Shown here one piece after another: positions 34,917-44,186 of a stretch of DNA of 64,000 nucleotides. The stretch covers positions 221,899 through 285,898 of the forward strand of contig CAWGGG010000005.1 of NCBI GenBank assembly GCA_963822145.1, written 5' to 3'. Made by a program: the position numbers and the translations under genes. How positions within the stretch are numbered: the first letter of the stretch is position 1; the number at the start of each line of letters is the position of its first letter. Under the pieces are notes generated by a model. That model worked only from the letters and a program-made list of their open reading frames with translations. It had not been told where the DNA came from and searched no databases. This stretch comes from an uncultured Bacteroidales bacterium. Lineage in GTDB: Bacteria; Bacteroidota; Bacteroidia; Bacteroidales; UBA10428.

Positions 34917-34955
34917 AGTTTAACGATTATTTACATATATAATTTCCAATTAATT

Positions 34956-35822
34956 ATGAAAAACAGAAATCTTATCAGTCTTGCGGTGGCATTTGGATTC
35001 TTATCGATAGGTATTACCGGTATCCTGATGTATTTTGGCCTGGAAGGCGGAGTGACCACCGTTCATGTGATATTTGGCTTGCTGTTCGTAGCCTTTTCAA
35101 TTTTCCATGTGATCAACAACTGGAATTCTATTAAACTATATACACTGGATAAACAAAAAGGTAGTATCCGTAAGGAATTCATTCTGGTTAATGTTATTCT
35201 ATTAGCAGTTCTCATTGCTGCTGCCGTTAACCTCCAACCCTTCACAGCTATCGCGCATGCAGGCGAAGAAGGCGGCCGGCGAGAAGAAGGGAAGGAAGGA
35301 GGAAGGGAACATGGTTTTTTCAGGAATGCATCATTTGAGGAAGTTGTCACAAACGAAGATGTTCAAGGCACGTCACTCAGTTTGATCATCCAAAAAAGCA
35401 ACAACATCGTAGCGCCCTCAATAGCCATCTGGGTGGTTGATACAACAGGCAGGTTTGCGGGCAATCTCTTTGTGCCGTCCAAGGTAGCCAAATTTAAAAC
35501 CGATAGGGGGGAAGAAAAAAGAGAGCGTTTCGAAGGTCGGATGGAGACAGAAGATTTCAAACCGGAATTGCTGATGGAATGGTATGCCGCTTCGGGTGGT
35601 TCAGCTTCAAATTATGATGGCATTACTCCTGTTGAGAACTTCTTTTTAAATACAAAAACCACATCTTCCGGTAAATTCTCAGTACTGATGGAGGTCACCT
35701 ACAATGGCACAAAGGAGTTGTACCGTGCTGATGTGGATATGACTGAAGGCAAGATATTCAGGCTGGAATCGCAGGATAATAAAATGCTCACCAGGGCAAT
35801 ACTGGAAGTAGTGAATATATAA
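34956..35822 (+). CDS. membrane protein (DUF4405-like N-terminus, periplasmic C-terminal domain)
   Basis: TM helices with His pairs (VHVIFGLLFVAFSIFHVINNW). A Glu/Gly/Arg-rich linker is followed by a soluble domain. The family assignment is tentative. Confidence 0.45.
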   Translation: MKNRNLISLAVAFGFLSIGITGILMYFGLEGGVTTVHVIFGLLFVAFSIFHVINNWNSIKLYTLDKQKGSIRKEFILVNVILLAVLIAAAVNLQPFTAIAHAGEEGGRREEGKEGGREHGFFRNASFEEVVTNEDVQGTSLSLIIQKSNNIVAPSIAIWVVDTTGRFAGNLFVPSKVAKFKTDRGEEKRERFEGRMETEDFKPELLMEWYAASGGSASNYDGITPVENFFLNTKTTSSGKFSVLMEVTYNGTKELYRADVDMTEGKIFRLESQDNKMLTRAILEVVNI

Positions 35823-35880
35823 ATGTTCCGAGATTCCGTACCTTGTAATTGCAAATTTACAGCACATTCAAACCAAAAGT

Positions 35881-36885
35881 ATGACTAAGAAAATTCTCTT
35901 ACAGGCTGGTTTCTGGATCAGCATCTTTGTGATCAACCTGGCCCTGGTTCCGGATGATGATCATGTATCAAAAACGCTGTTGTTTGAGACGATTTGCCTG
36001 GCAGCTTACGCCTTTGTGTTCTACCTGAATATTTTATACCTGTTCCCAAAATATTATGAAGACAGCAAGTATAAATATATTCTGGCAGGTGTTGTAATGG
36101 TTTTCCTTATGTTCCTGGTCATATATGCAATAAACAAGCTGATATTCTGGAACCCTTTCAGGAGACATCATAACAGCTGGTTTGAAATGTTCTTCTCGTT
36201 CAGGTATTTGCTTTGGCTTTCTTTTATTTATCTTATCGGAACGGTATATTCTATCCAGCACATGCTGAACCAGCAGATTTCTCACAACAAGAAAATGATG
36301 GAGGAAAAGCTGGAAACCGAGCTTCAGTTGCTGAAAGCCCAGATCAATCCGCACTTCCTTTTTAACGCGCTGAACAACATTTATTCCTTAACCTACCTGA
36401 AATCGGAAAAAGCACCAGAAAGTGTTTTAAAGCTTTCTGAGATGTTGCGCTATGTACTTGAGGATTGCAGTTCGGAAAAGGTGCCTATTAGACATGAGAT
36501 TGATTATATGCAGAACCTGATTGATTTTTATCAGATGAAAAGTCCGGGTAAGCGCAAAGTCCAGTTCAATAAGGAAATTGAGCACATGGATATTCATATA
36601 GCCCCAATGCTCTTCATTCCTTTCATTGAGAACAGTTTTAAGTACAGCCGGATTGAAGAGGACAAAGCTGGATTCATTCTGATCGACCTCCGGGAATCTG
36701 CAGGAAAACTGAGCTTTACTATTAAGAATTCGGTATTTTTGTCAAGGGCCATTCTTAATGGCTCACGAAAGGGGATCGTCAATGTGCAGCAACGCCTGGA
36801 GATTATCTATCCTGGCAAGTATAAGCTTATCGTAGGTGAAAAGGACAATGTTTATACCGTGGAACTGGAAATCGACCTGACATGA
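35881..36885 (+). CDS. LytS/YehU-type sensor histidine kinase
   Basis: Multiple TM segments, then the His-kinase internal region QINPHFLFNALNNI and an ATPase domain. Confidence 0.8.
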   Translation: MTKKILLQAGFWISIFVINLALVPDDDHVSKTLLFETICLAAYAFVFYLNILYLFPKYYEDSKYKYILAGVVMVFLMFLVIYAINKLIFWNPFRRHHNSWFEMFFSFRYLLWLSFIYLIGTVYSIQHMLNQQISHNKKMMEEKLETELQLLKAQINPHFLFNALNNIYSLTYLKSEKAPESVLKLSEMLRYVLEDCSSEKVPIRHEIDYMQNLIDFYQMKSPGKRKVQFNKEIEHMDIHIAPMLFIPFIENSFKYSRIEEDKAGFILIDLRESAGKLSFTIKNSVFLSRAILNGSRKGIVNVQQRLEIIYPGKYKLIVGEKDNVYTVELEIDLT

Positions 36886-37643
36886 AACTGACCTGTGCCA
36901 TAGTGGATGATGAATTTCTAGCCCGGCAATATCTGAAGGATTATGTCGAAAAACTGCCATTTCTGGAACTGATGGGTGATTATGACTCGCCCCTGATGAT
37001 TCTGGAAGAGTTAAAACGCAATGCCATTGACATCCTCTTCCTGGATATTCAGATGCCGGATATCTCCGGACTCGATTTCCTGAAAACCCTGAATCCCCAG
37101 CCCTATGTTATTCTCACCACGGCTTATAAGGAATATGCCCTGGAGGGTTATGAGCACAATGTGATCGATTACCTGCTAAAACCATTTTCATTCGACAGGT
37201 TCCTGAAGGCCGTCAATAAAACTGCCGATATGATCCGGAAGGAAAGATCTGGCGGCAGCCGGTCAATAAGCGGAGTTGCTGGGCCGCTTGTGGGAGAAAA
37301 TTTTATGACAATCCGGGCTGACAGGAAATGGTATAAAATCAATTTTGACGATTTGATTTACGTGGAAGGTCAGAAAGCTTACGTTACCTTTCATACCCGG
37401 ACAAAAAAAATCACGGCACTGATTGCACTGAAAGAACTGGAGGAGACCCTTCCACCTGAAAAGTTCATCCGCATTCACAAGTCCTTTATTATATCCATAG
37501 GTCATGTAGAAACTCTTGAAGGCAACCTGGTTGGCATCAGCGGACAGAAATTGTCAATTGGCAGCAGCTACAGGGAGAAAGTTAACAGTCTTTTTAAAAT
37601 TCAGCATCCTGAAGAAGACATTTCAAAGGAAACAATAGAATAG
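36882..37643 (+). CDS. LytTR family response regulator
   Basis: REC domain (CAIVDDEFLA...LFLDIQMPDISG) plus a C-terminal LytTR DNA-binding domain (FIRIHKSFII). It overlaps the kinase stop by 4 nt. Confidence 0.85.
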   Translation: MKLTCAIVDDEFLARQYLKDYVEKLPFLELMGDYDSPLMILEELKRNAIDILFLDIQMPDISGLDFLKTLNPQPYVILTTAYKEYALEGYEHNVIDYLLKPFSFDRFLKAVNKTADMIRKERSGGSRSISGVAGPLVGENFMTIRADRKWYKINFDDLIYVEGQKAYVTFHTRTKKITALIALKELEETLPPEKFIRIHKSFIISIGHVETLEGNLVGISGQKLSIGSSYREKVNSLFKIQHPEEDISKETIE

Positions 37644-37795
37644 GAATTACCCCTGCCAGGATGGAAACCTGCCCAGTGGTATTATTTTTTTGATTTTGCT
37701 TGACTTATTGGCAATTTTTTGGTAAATTAACTATATCATACTTACTCCGATAAAAGTAAAGTTGATCTTCTAAAATATTCTAAACACTTAACAAA

Positions 37796-38560
37796 ATGAA
37801 TACTTTTGTATACCTGAGTGTTTTACCGGAGGCCCTGATTGCCTCCATGCACCCTCCAAAGGACTTTGCCGAATACATGGCAACAGGTACCAGAAAGAAA
37901 ACGCGCGGACAGGCTATCTTTTTTGAAGTGGACCAGGATCTGGCACGAAACCTGCTGCCTGCGGAATACATCAGCAGAAGATGCGTCCGAAAACCTGACG
38001 GTTCTCCAAAGAGTTCGGTATATCTTACCATTTACCGGGCGCTGGAGCATCTGCCGCTCAAAGCCCTTAAAAACCTCTACCTCGTAACTGAAGACGGCAA
38101 AACGCTTGAACTCAGGAAGGGCCCTTACGATATAAAATCAGAAATCCCAAAACAACTTCATCTTTACCAGGAGCTCTGTCCGGTTACCCCCATAATAGCC
38201 AGCACGCTTAGTCCTTCGGAGTTTGGCAGGGAAATGACCTCGGAAAAGGAACAGGTAAATATCCCAAAGATCATGTTCGTGGAATTGATCCTCGATCAAC
38301 TCGCTTTTGATCCTGTCCGCGGTTCCGCCCAGAACCTGCCGTATCCCGATATCGGGCATCTGCGGGACTGTCTCATCATCCTGAGGAATGAAGAAATGAA
38401 ATCCAGGAAAACGGTGCAGCGCACCTTCAACGGAAACTTGCTGTACAGGACATGTACCAATGGTTTTTTTGTTGTTTCCAAAGATGAATTCCTTTATTAT
38501 CCTTATCCAACCATGCAGCAATTGGAGGAAGAAAACTACGATTTCTGGCGTTCCTTTTAG
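37796..38560 (+). CDS. hypothetical protein (254 aa)
   Basis: Long ORF in an otherwise empty interval with coding-like composition. No motif recognised. Confidence 0.5.
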   Translation: MNTFVYLSVLPEALIASMHPPKDFAEYMATGTRKKTRGQAIFFEVDQDLARNLLPAEYISRRCVRKPDGSPKSSVYLTIYRALEHLPLKALKNLYLVTEDGKTLELRKGPYDIKSEIPKQLHLYQELCPVTPIIASTLSPSEFGREMTSEKEQVNIPKIMFVELILDQLAFDPVRGSAQNLPYPDIGHLRDCLIILRNEEMKSRKTVQRTFNGNLLYRTCTNGFFVVSKDEFLYYPYPTMQQLEEENYDFWRSF

Positions 38561-38604
38561 AGGAGATGAATTACCTTTGAGTCGGGTAATTTCATGGAAC
38601 ACTC

Positions 38605-39225
38605 ATGGTGGTAAATAAGGAAGAATTCGCAAATTCACTTTCGCATGGAATCGGAGCAGTGATATTGCTTATTGCTGCTCCTGCTTTATTTTCACAGCTT
38701 TCCGCAAAAGGTGCCGTGATGTGGCCTGTGGTGGTTTATCTCTTATGCCTGTTCATGACTTATCTGACATCCACAGTTTACCATGCCTTTACGAATGACC
38801 AGTACAAAAAAATCCTAAGGATACTGGATCATATTTCAATATTCCTGCTGATAGGCGGTACATTTACACCCATTGTAGTCTACAATATGGGCAATTGGAA
38901 CGGATGGCCGTTTCTATGGATATTTTGGCTTGCCATGGCCGGGGGCATTGTTTTTAAAATCTTTTATACCGGAAAGCACAAGCTAATCAGCACCCTGATC
39001 TATATCGGTATAGCCTGGGTGGGGGCGGTATTTCTCTGGCCCTTGATTAAGAGCATGCCCAAACAGGTACTGTTGTATGTCATCATCGGGGGTTTATTCT
39101 ACACGGGAGGCACAGTGTTTTATATGCAGAAGAACATGAAGTTCCACCATGCCTGGTGGCATTTGTTTGTCATGGCCGGCAGCATTTCACATTATATCGC
39201 GGTATATATTTCCCTGAATGCATAA
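38605..39225 (+). CDS. hemolysin III / PAQR family membrane protein
   Basis: 7-TM, 206 aa, with conserved EEFANSLSHGIG, LDHISIFLLIGGTFTP and HHAWWHLFVMAGSISHY. Confidence 0.85.
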   Translation: MVVNKEEFANSLSHGIGAVILLIAAPALFSQLSAKGAVMWPVVVYLLCLFMTYLTSTVYHAFTNDQYKKILRILDHISIFLLIGGTFTPIVVYNMGNWNGWPFLWIFWLAMAGGIVFKIFYTGKHKLISTLIYIGIAWVGAVFLWPLIKSMPKQVLLYVIIGGLFYTGGTVFYMQKNMKFHHAWWHLFVMAGSISHYIAVYISLNA

Positions 39226-39239
39226 TGATACTCTCGTCA

Positions 39240-41753
39240 TTACTGATCATTCGGCTGGTGCTTTTGTTTTTTTAAGTATTCCAGATACTTGGTCACAAAC
39301 CGGAGATCACTCCAGGAAACCAGCTCTCCAAGTGCTTCTTTAGCGGAGGAAATGGAATAATTCTCCCGGTTCCGGAAATACCGGGTAATCAACGCAATCT
39401 TGTCGGGCGACGCGAATTCATTCACGGATAGTTCTCCCGAGCCGACGAAATGCGCCAAATGACCTTCAATGGTAGAAATCGCCATATCCCGCTCCCGGGC
39501 GATATGTGGTAATGATTTTCCTGCCTTGAACAGGTTGTAGCTGATGAGTTTGGTGTCTTTTTTGATCCGTACGGAAGGTGCTTTAGGGGTAAATACCTCA
39601 GGCAGTGGTGATTCGAGATTATGTTCACGGCAATAATCCTGGATGATCAGCAACAGCTCATTTCCGTATTGTTCTAACTTCTTTTTCCCCATTCCCTTAA
39701 CCTTCTTCAGTGCTTGTGAGGTTTGTGGGAGAAAGTTAGCGAGGGTGGCGATGGTTCCTTTGGGAAGAATCATGTAGTGTGTCAGATTCAATTCCCTGGC
39801 CATGTCATCCCGCCAGGCTTTCAGTCTGTTATACAATCCGGGATGTTGAACTATTCCGGAAGTGTCTTCAATACCAGCTGACACAGGTTTTTTTACCAGC
39901 GATGTTTCCAGGGTTGCCAGTGCTTTCGCATCAAGATAGGATTTAATCCGGAATCCTGTTTTAACGGCATTCAGGCAGGCCAGCTTCATCAGGGCTTCCT
40001 GCCTGACTCGTTCCAGGGCTTCTGCGACTGATTTCCTTATGGCTTTGTTGTCGGTTTCAATGGTCACTCCCGCAAGAATTTCATGCAGTCCTTCGTTAAT
40101 CCTGTCGGAAAAGTAAAGTGCTGCTTTCCGGATCCTTTCCTGTACCGTTTCATCGTGTTCAATATCAGGATGCAAAGGCAGCAAACGTGTCAGTTGAAGG
40201 AGAAACTTTCGGGAAACCTCAATGAGTCCCCCGGTTACAAAGGAGTCCGTCCTTTCCAGCAGAGCATCCGTATGGCCCAGTATGCTGTTGCCATTTTCCT
40301 TGATCAGTTTATGGCAGTTCTGGATCCCACGGGAAATGGAATGGAAGTCAAAGAGTTCGGTCAGCAGTTCTTGCAGGTAAACTTGTTTCGATTCGCTGAG
40401 CATTTGCTTGTCGGGTTGATGTTGCGCAGCATCCCTGACAAATCCCGAAACCGCAGGATCACTGATGATCCCCTGTTGCTGTACCTGAGTGCTGAGCACG
40501 AGACCTTCCAGTGTTCTGCAACGACTCAGTGCCACATACACCTGACCGTGTGCAAAGGCCGCCCGGGCATCAATGATGGCCTTGTCAAAAGTCAGTCCCT
40601 GGCTCTTGTGTATGGTAATGGCCCAGGCCAATTTCAACGGATATTGCGTGAACGTACCGACAATAGTCTCCTCAATTTCCCTGGTTTCCGGGTTGAGCGT
40701 ATACTTCATGTTCTGCCATTCGGCCATTTTCACTTCCACAGGGGCATCATCCTCTTGACAGTGGACAATGATGACATCATTCTCAAAGTCTATGATCCTG
40801 CCAATTTTGCCATTGAAATATAGCTTTTCCCGGGAGATGTCATTCTTGACAAACATCACCTGGGCGCTGGTCTTCAATTCAAGTTTGTAGGCCGTGGGAT
40901 AGGCATATTCCGGGAAATCATCCTTTATCAATGCCTGGAAAGTATGGACCTGGCCGGGAAGTTTTTCCAGTTGGGTATTATTAATGGACTGTGCCTGTGC
41001 ATTATGGGTGGTAAGGGTAATGTATCCTTCGTTTTCACCAGGCTGGAAATGGGGATCAAATCTTTTATTCAGTTGTTGCAGGGCATCAGTATCCAGCCGG
41101 TTATCGCGGATTTTGTTTAACAGATGGATGAAATCCAGGTCACGCTGCCGGTAAATATGTTTCAGTTCAATGGTGATATAGTCGGTATTCTGGAGCGCCC
41201 TGCTGCCAAAGAAAAAGGCGGTATCGTAATACTTTCCCAGGATTTCCCAGTCCTCATCCTTCACCACCGGAGCAAGCTGCTGGAGATCGCCGATCATCAG
41301 CAACTGAACACCTCCGAAAGGCTTATGGCGATTTTTATAGCGACGGAGAATCTGGTCCACAGCATCGAGCAGGTCGCACCGCACCATACTGATCTCGTCA
41401 ATTACCAGAAGGTCCAGACTTTTAATAATATTGATTTTTTCGCGGCTGACTTTGTAGGGGGCAGACTCGGGAGATCCGGACGAAAGATTGCCATCTTCAG
41501 GGTTTAAATATTGAATGGGAAGGTGGGGATGAAAGGGAAGCTGAAAGAAGGAATGGATGGTAACGCCGCCGGCATTGATCGCTGCCACACCGGTGGGGGC
41601 CACCACGATCATACGCTTTGGTGATGTTTTTTTTAGTTTGTGAAGAAAAGTTGTTTTACCTGTCCCGGCTTTTCCGGTCAGGAAAATATGCCGGTTGGTG
41701 TATTGCACAAAATCGTGGGCAAGCTGCAGGTCTTGGTTGGTAACGGGTTCCAT
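39240..41753 (-). CDS. Pif1/RecD-like SF1 helicase with HRDC and C-terminal HTH-like domains
   Basis: Walker A LTGKAGTGKTT, Walker B LLVIDEISM, VALSRCRTLEGLVL, and an HRDC-like segment (LYNRLKAWRDDMAREL...VKGMGKKKLEQYG). I chose ATG at 41753; the track extension to 41828 starts with TTG and runs into a repeat array. Confidence 0.8.
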   Translation of the reverse strand: MEPVTNQDLQLAHDFVQYTNRHIFLTGKAGTGKTTFLHKLKKTSPKRMIVVAPTGVAAINAGGVTIHSFFQLPFHPHLPIQYLNPEDGNLSSGSPESAPYKVSREKINIIKSLDLLVIDEISMVRCDLLDAVDQILRRYKNRHKPFGGVQLLMIGDLQQLAPVVKDEDWEILGKYYDTAFFFGSRALQNTDYITIELKHIYRQRDLDFIHLLNKIRDNRLDTDALQQLNKRFDPHFQPGENEGYITLTTHNAQAQSINNTQLEKLPGQVHTFQALIKDDFPEYAYPTAYKLELKTSAQVMFVKNDISREKLYFNGKIGRIIDFENDVIIVHCQEDDAPVEVKMAEWQNMKYTLNPETREIEETIVGTFTQYPLKLAWAITIHKSQGLTFDKAIIDARAAFAHGQVYVALSRCRTLEGLVLSTQVQQQGIISDPAVSGFVRDAAQHQPDKQMLSESKQVYLQELLTELFDFHSISRGIQNCHKLIKENGNSILGHTDALLERTDSFVTGGLIEVSRKFLLQLTRLLPLHPDIEHDETVQERIRKAALYFSDRINEGLHEILAGVTIETDNKAIRKSVAEALERVRQEALMKLACLNAVKTGFRIKSYLDAKALATLETSLVKKPVSAGIEDTSGIVQHPGLYNRLKAWRDDMARELNLTHYMILPKGTIATLANFLPQTSQALKKVKGMGKKKLEQYGNELLLIIQDYCREHNLESPLPEVFTPKAPSVRIKKDTKLISYNLFKAGKSLPHIARERDMAISTIEGHLAHFVGSGELSVNEFASPDKIALITRYFRNRENYSISSAKEALGELVSWSDLRFVTKYLEYLKKQKHQPNDQ

Positions 41754-41804
41754 ATTGGGCCTAAGGGGTTGTTTAGAACAATAAATATAATATTTAACAG
41801 GGTA

Positions 41805-41844
41805 ATGTGCAAATGTGAAAATGTGCAAATGTGCAAATGTGAAG
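41805..41844. repeat. octamer tandem array (ATGTGMAA)x5
   Basis: atgtgcaa atgtgaaa atgtgcaa atgtgcaa atgtgaag, upstream of the helicase gene. Confidence 0.9.
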
Positions 41845-41959
41845 AACGAGAAATTGCTGGATCAGGTATTGGGAATAAAGAAGTTACTGGGTAGAATATT
41901 TTATTCTTCTAAGAATCAGGTATAATTTCCGCCATAAAATGTTTCTTAATAAAAGTGGC

Positions 41960-41999
41960 GTTTACATTTGCACATTAGCATATTTGCACATTTGCAGAT
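41960..41999. repeat. octamer array (TTGCACAT-like)x5, inverted complement of 41805-41844
   Basis: gtttacat ttgcacat tagcatat ttgcacat ttgcagat. It ends 3 nt before the AraC gene stop codon (42003-42005). Confidence 0.85.
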
Positions 42000-42002
42000 T
42001 AA

Positions 42003-42881
42003 TTACTTGTTCCTATTACGCTTCCTGTACTCACTTGGTGTTTTACCGGTCTTTTCCTTAAACAGTTTACTGAAATAAAACACAGAACAGAAACCCAGGG
42101 TGAAGGAGATCTCCTTAACACTCATTTCGCTGCTGGTGAGGAGGTAAACAGCCTGCTTCATGCGCAGGGAGGTGTGATACTGCATGGGGGATAGTCCTGT
42201 ATATTTCTTAAAGGCCTTTCTGAACAGGGAATAGTTCACGTTCAGATCACGCGCAAGATCTTCAATATTCAGGTTTTTGGAGGGATTATCACGGATAATC
42301 AGGCAGGCTTTCTGGATGATCTCTTCAATGGGGTTATGACGGAAATTCTCATTTTTTTTGAGGGATATGATCTGCCCCAGGATCTGTATCACCAGTCCGG
42401 AACAAACCTGGTGGTAACCCGGCCTTTCAATCATAGCCAGGTTAAAAATATCCTGGAAATCCCGGATAATATCTTCCTGGAAACCGATTTGCAGAATGGT
42501 TGATTCAGTTAGCACTTCCGAGGATTTGATCATTTCGTCGACTATGGTGCCCATAAAACCCACGTAGTGTTCCTTCCATCCTGTATGCTTAAGTGGTCGG
42601 TACCGGTGCCAGAGGTTGGGCCGCAGCAGGATCAGTGATCCCTCACGGACAGGCCAGGAACCCTCACGTGTTTCCAGGATGCCTGCCCCTTCAGTTATGT
42701 AGTTGATCTGGTATTCCTGGAGAATCCGACCGTTTTGCCATTTAAAATGATATCCGGTCGGATGCCCCGACGGGGGGTAGTCCGATTCCGGATCCACCCG
42801 GGCAGATCCAGCAACTGTAAGATATAGTCCCCAGTTCTCATCCTCGGGATTATGGGTAATATATTTGAAATGGTTCTGCAT
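42003..42881 (-). CDS. AraC family transcriptional regulator (rhamnose-cluster associated)
   Basis: N-terminal cupin-like sensing domain and C-terminal double HTH (LARDLNVNYSLFRKAFKKYTGLSPMQY...FCSVFYFSKLFKEKTGKTPSEYR). It is divergent from rhaT. Confidence 0.85.
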   Translation of the reverse strand: MQNHFKYITHNPEDENWGLYLTVAGSARVDPESDYPPSGHPTGYHFKWQNGRILQEYQINYITEGAGILETREGSWPVREGSLILLRPNLWHRYRPLKHTGWKEHYVGFMGTIVDEMIKSSEVLTESTILQIGFQEDIIRDFQDIFNLAMIERPGYHQVCSGLVIQILGQIISLKKNENFRHNPIEEIIQKACLIIRDNPSKNLNIEDLARDLNVNYSLFRKAFKKYTGLSPMQYHTSLRMKQAVYLLTSSEMSVKEISFTLGFCSVFYFSKLFKEKTGKTPSEYRKRNRNK

Positions 42882-42946
42882 CAGGTCATATCATTTTATA
42901 CAAACATTTAACCAGTTTGTGTATTGATATACCATATAATGAATGA

Positions 42947-42954
42947 TATATTTG
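42947..42954 (+). promoter_or_regulatory. -7 box candidate (TATATTTG) for the rhaT operon
   Basis: Matches TAnnTTTG, 41 nt upstream of the ATG at 42996, in the divergent AraC/rhaT spacer. Confidence 0.3.
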
Positions 42955-42995
42955 ATCAACCATTGAGCCAAATTACTAAATTATTTTACCAAAAT

Positions 42996-44021
42996 ATGAA
43001 TTCTGTTTGGAGCATTCTTCTGATGGCCATCGGCAGTATTTGTGCTGCCAGTTTTTATGTCCCCATAAAGAAAATCAAGGGATGGTCGTGGGAATCCTAC
43101 TGGATTGTGCAGGGCGTTTTCTCCTGGATCCTGGTCCCGGCATTATTTGCCTGGCTCACAGTACCTTCCGGAACTCTGGATGATATCATAAGTCTGGCTC
43201 CGGCCTCCTCACGTTGGTGGGCGGCTTTTTACGGTGCCTTATGGGGTGTCGGAGGTCTTACTTTCGGATTGAGTATGCGCTACCTGGGTGTTGCATTGGG
43301 GCAATCGATCGCACTGGGATTATGTGCCGGCATCGGTACGCTGGTGCCGCCATTGCTGAAAGGTCAAAACCTGTTTGCCGACCGGTCAGGTGTTCTCATC
43401 CTGATCGGTGTTGCTGTCAGCATGGCCGGTATCGCTATTATCGGATATGCTGCAAGTCTGAAAAGCAGGAATATGACTGAAGATGAAAGAAGATCAGCCA
43501 TCAAGGAATTTGCCCTGAAGAAAGGCATCCTGATCGCCATTCTGGCGGGTGTCATGAGCGCCTGTTTCAGTTTCGGCCTGAACGCCGGAAAGCCGATCCA
43601 GGATGCTGCCCTGAGTTTTGGCACCAATCCGCTTTTTGCCAAGAATCCCGTTATCCTTTTTGTCACATTGGGCGGCTTTGTAACCAACCTCATTTATTGT
43701 GTCTTTCTGAACATCAAAAACGGAACGGGCCGGGATTACTTGTCCGTCTCTTCTGCAGTCCTGATCAACAACCTCATCTTTTCCGCCATTGGCGGTACCT
43801 TGTGGTACATGCAGTTCTTTTTCATGGGGATGGGTGAAAGCCAACTTCCGGCAACCATGATTGCATTTGCCTGGAGCATCCTGATGTCGATGAATATCGC
43901 TTTCAGCAACATCTGGGGGATCATTCTGAAAGAATGGAAGGGAGCGGGGAGGAGAACGATACTGGTGCTGGTGATAGGCATTGTGATTCTGGTATTGTCA
44001 ACCTTTGTAATCAAGTTGTGA
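42996..44021 (+). CDS. rhaT: L-rhamnose/H+ symporter
   Basis: Aligns by eye with E. coli RhaT along its length (CAASFYVPIKKIKGWSWESYW, LSMRYLG, WYMQFFF, ILKEWKGAGRR). ATG at 42996 (the track start at 42924 is TTG). Confidence 0.85.
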   Translation: MNSVWSILLMAIGSICAASFYVPIKKIKGWSWESYWIVQGVFSWILVPALFAWLTVPSGTLDDIISLAPASSRWWAAFYGALWGVGGLTFGLSMRYLGVALGQSIALGLCAGIGTLVPPLLKGQNLFADRSGVLILIGVAVSMAGIAIIGYAASLKSRNMTEDERRSAIKEFALKKGILIAILAGVMSACFSFGLNAGKPIQDAALSFGTNPLFAKNPVILFVTLGGFVTNLIYCVFLNIKNGTGRDYLSVSSAVLINNLIFSAIGGTLWYMQFFFMGMGESQLPATMIAFAWSILMSMNIAFSNIWGIILKEWKGAGRRTILVLVIGIVILVLSTFVIKL

Positions 44022-44093
44022 TCGTTGCGGTTGTTGTGGGTTATTAACTGTAAAAAGTTGTGGTGGTTGTGATGGTTGTGTGTTATGATGGTT
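44016..44093. repeat. degenerate nonamer-like array (TTGTGATNG-type), inverted relative to 44107-44160
   Basis: ttgtgatcg ttgcggttg ttgtgggtt ... ttgtggtgg ttgtgatgg ttgtgtgtt atgatggtt. It begins just before the rhaT stop codon. Confidence 0.7.
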
Positions 44094-44106
44094 AAGAATG
44101 ATCCAA

Positions 44107-44160
44107 CAATCACAACAATCACAACAATCACAACAATCACAACAATCACAACAATCACAA
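44107..44160. repeat. nonamer tandem array (CAATCACAA)x6
   Basis: Six perfect 9-nt units, ending 26 nt before the rhaA ATG. Confidence 0.95.
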
Positions 44161-44186
44161 CTTTTTAAAACATAAAAACCAACCAT

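Noticed and set aside
43736-44186. Minus-strand ORFs of 140 and 62 aa containing VIVVIVVIV... and CDCCDCCDCC runs.
   Set aside because: They are translations of the (CAATCACAA)x6 nonamer array and of the antisense strand of rhaT. This is a repeat artefact, not coding sequence.
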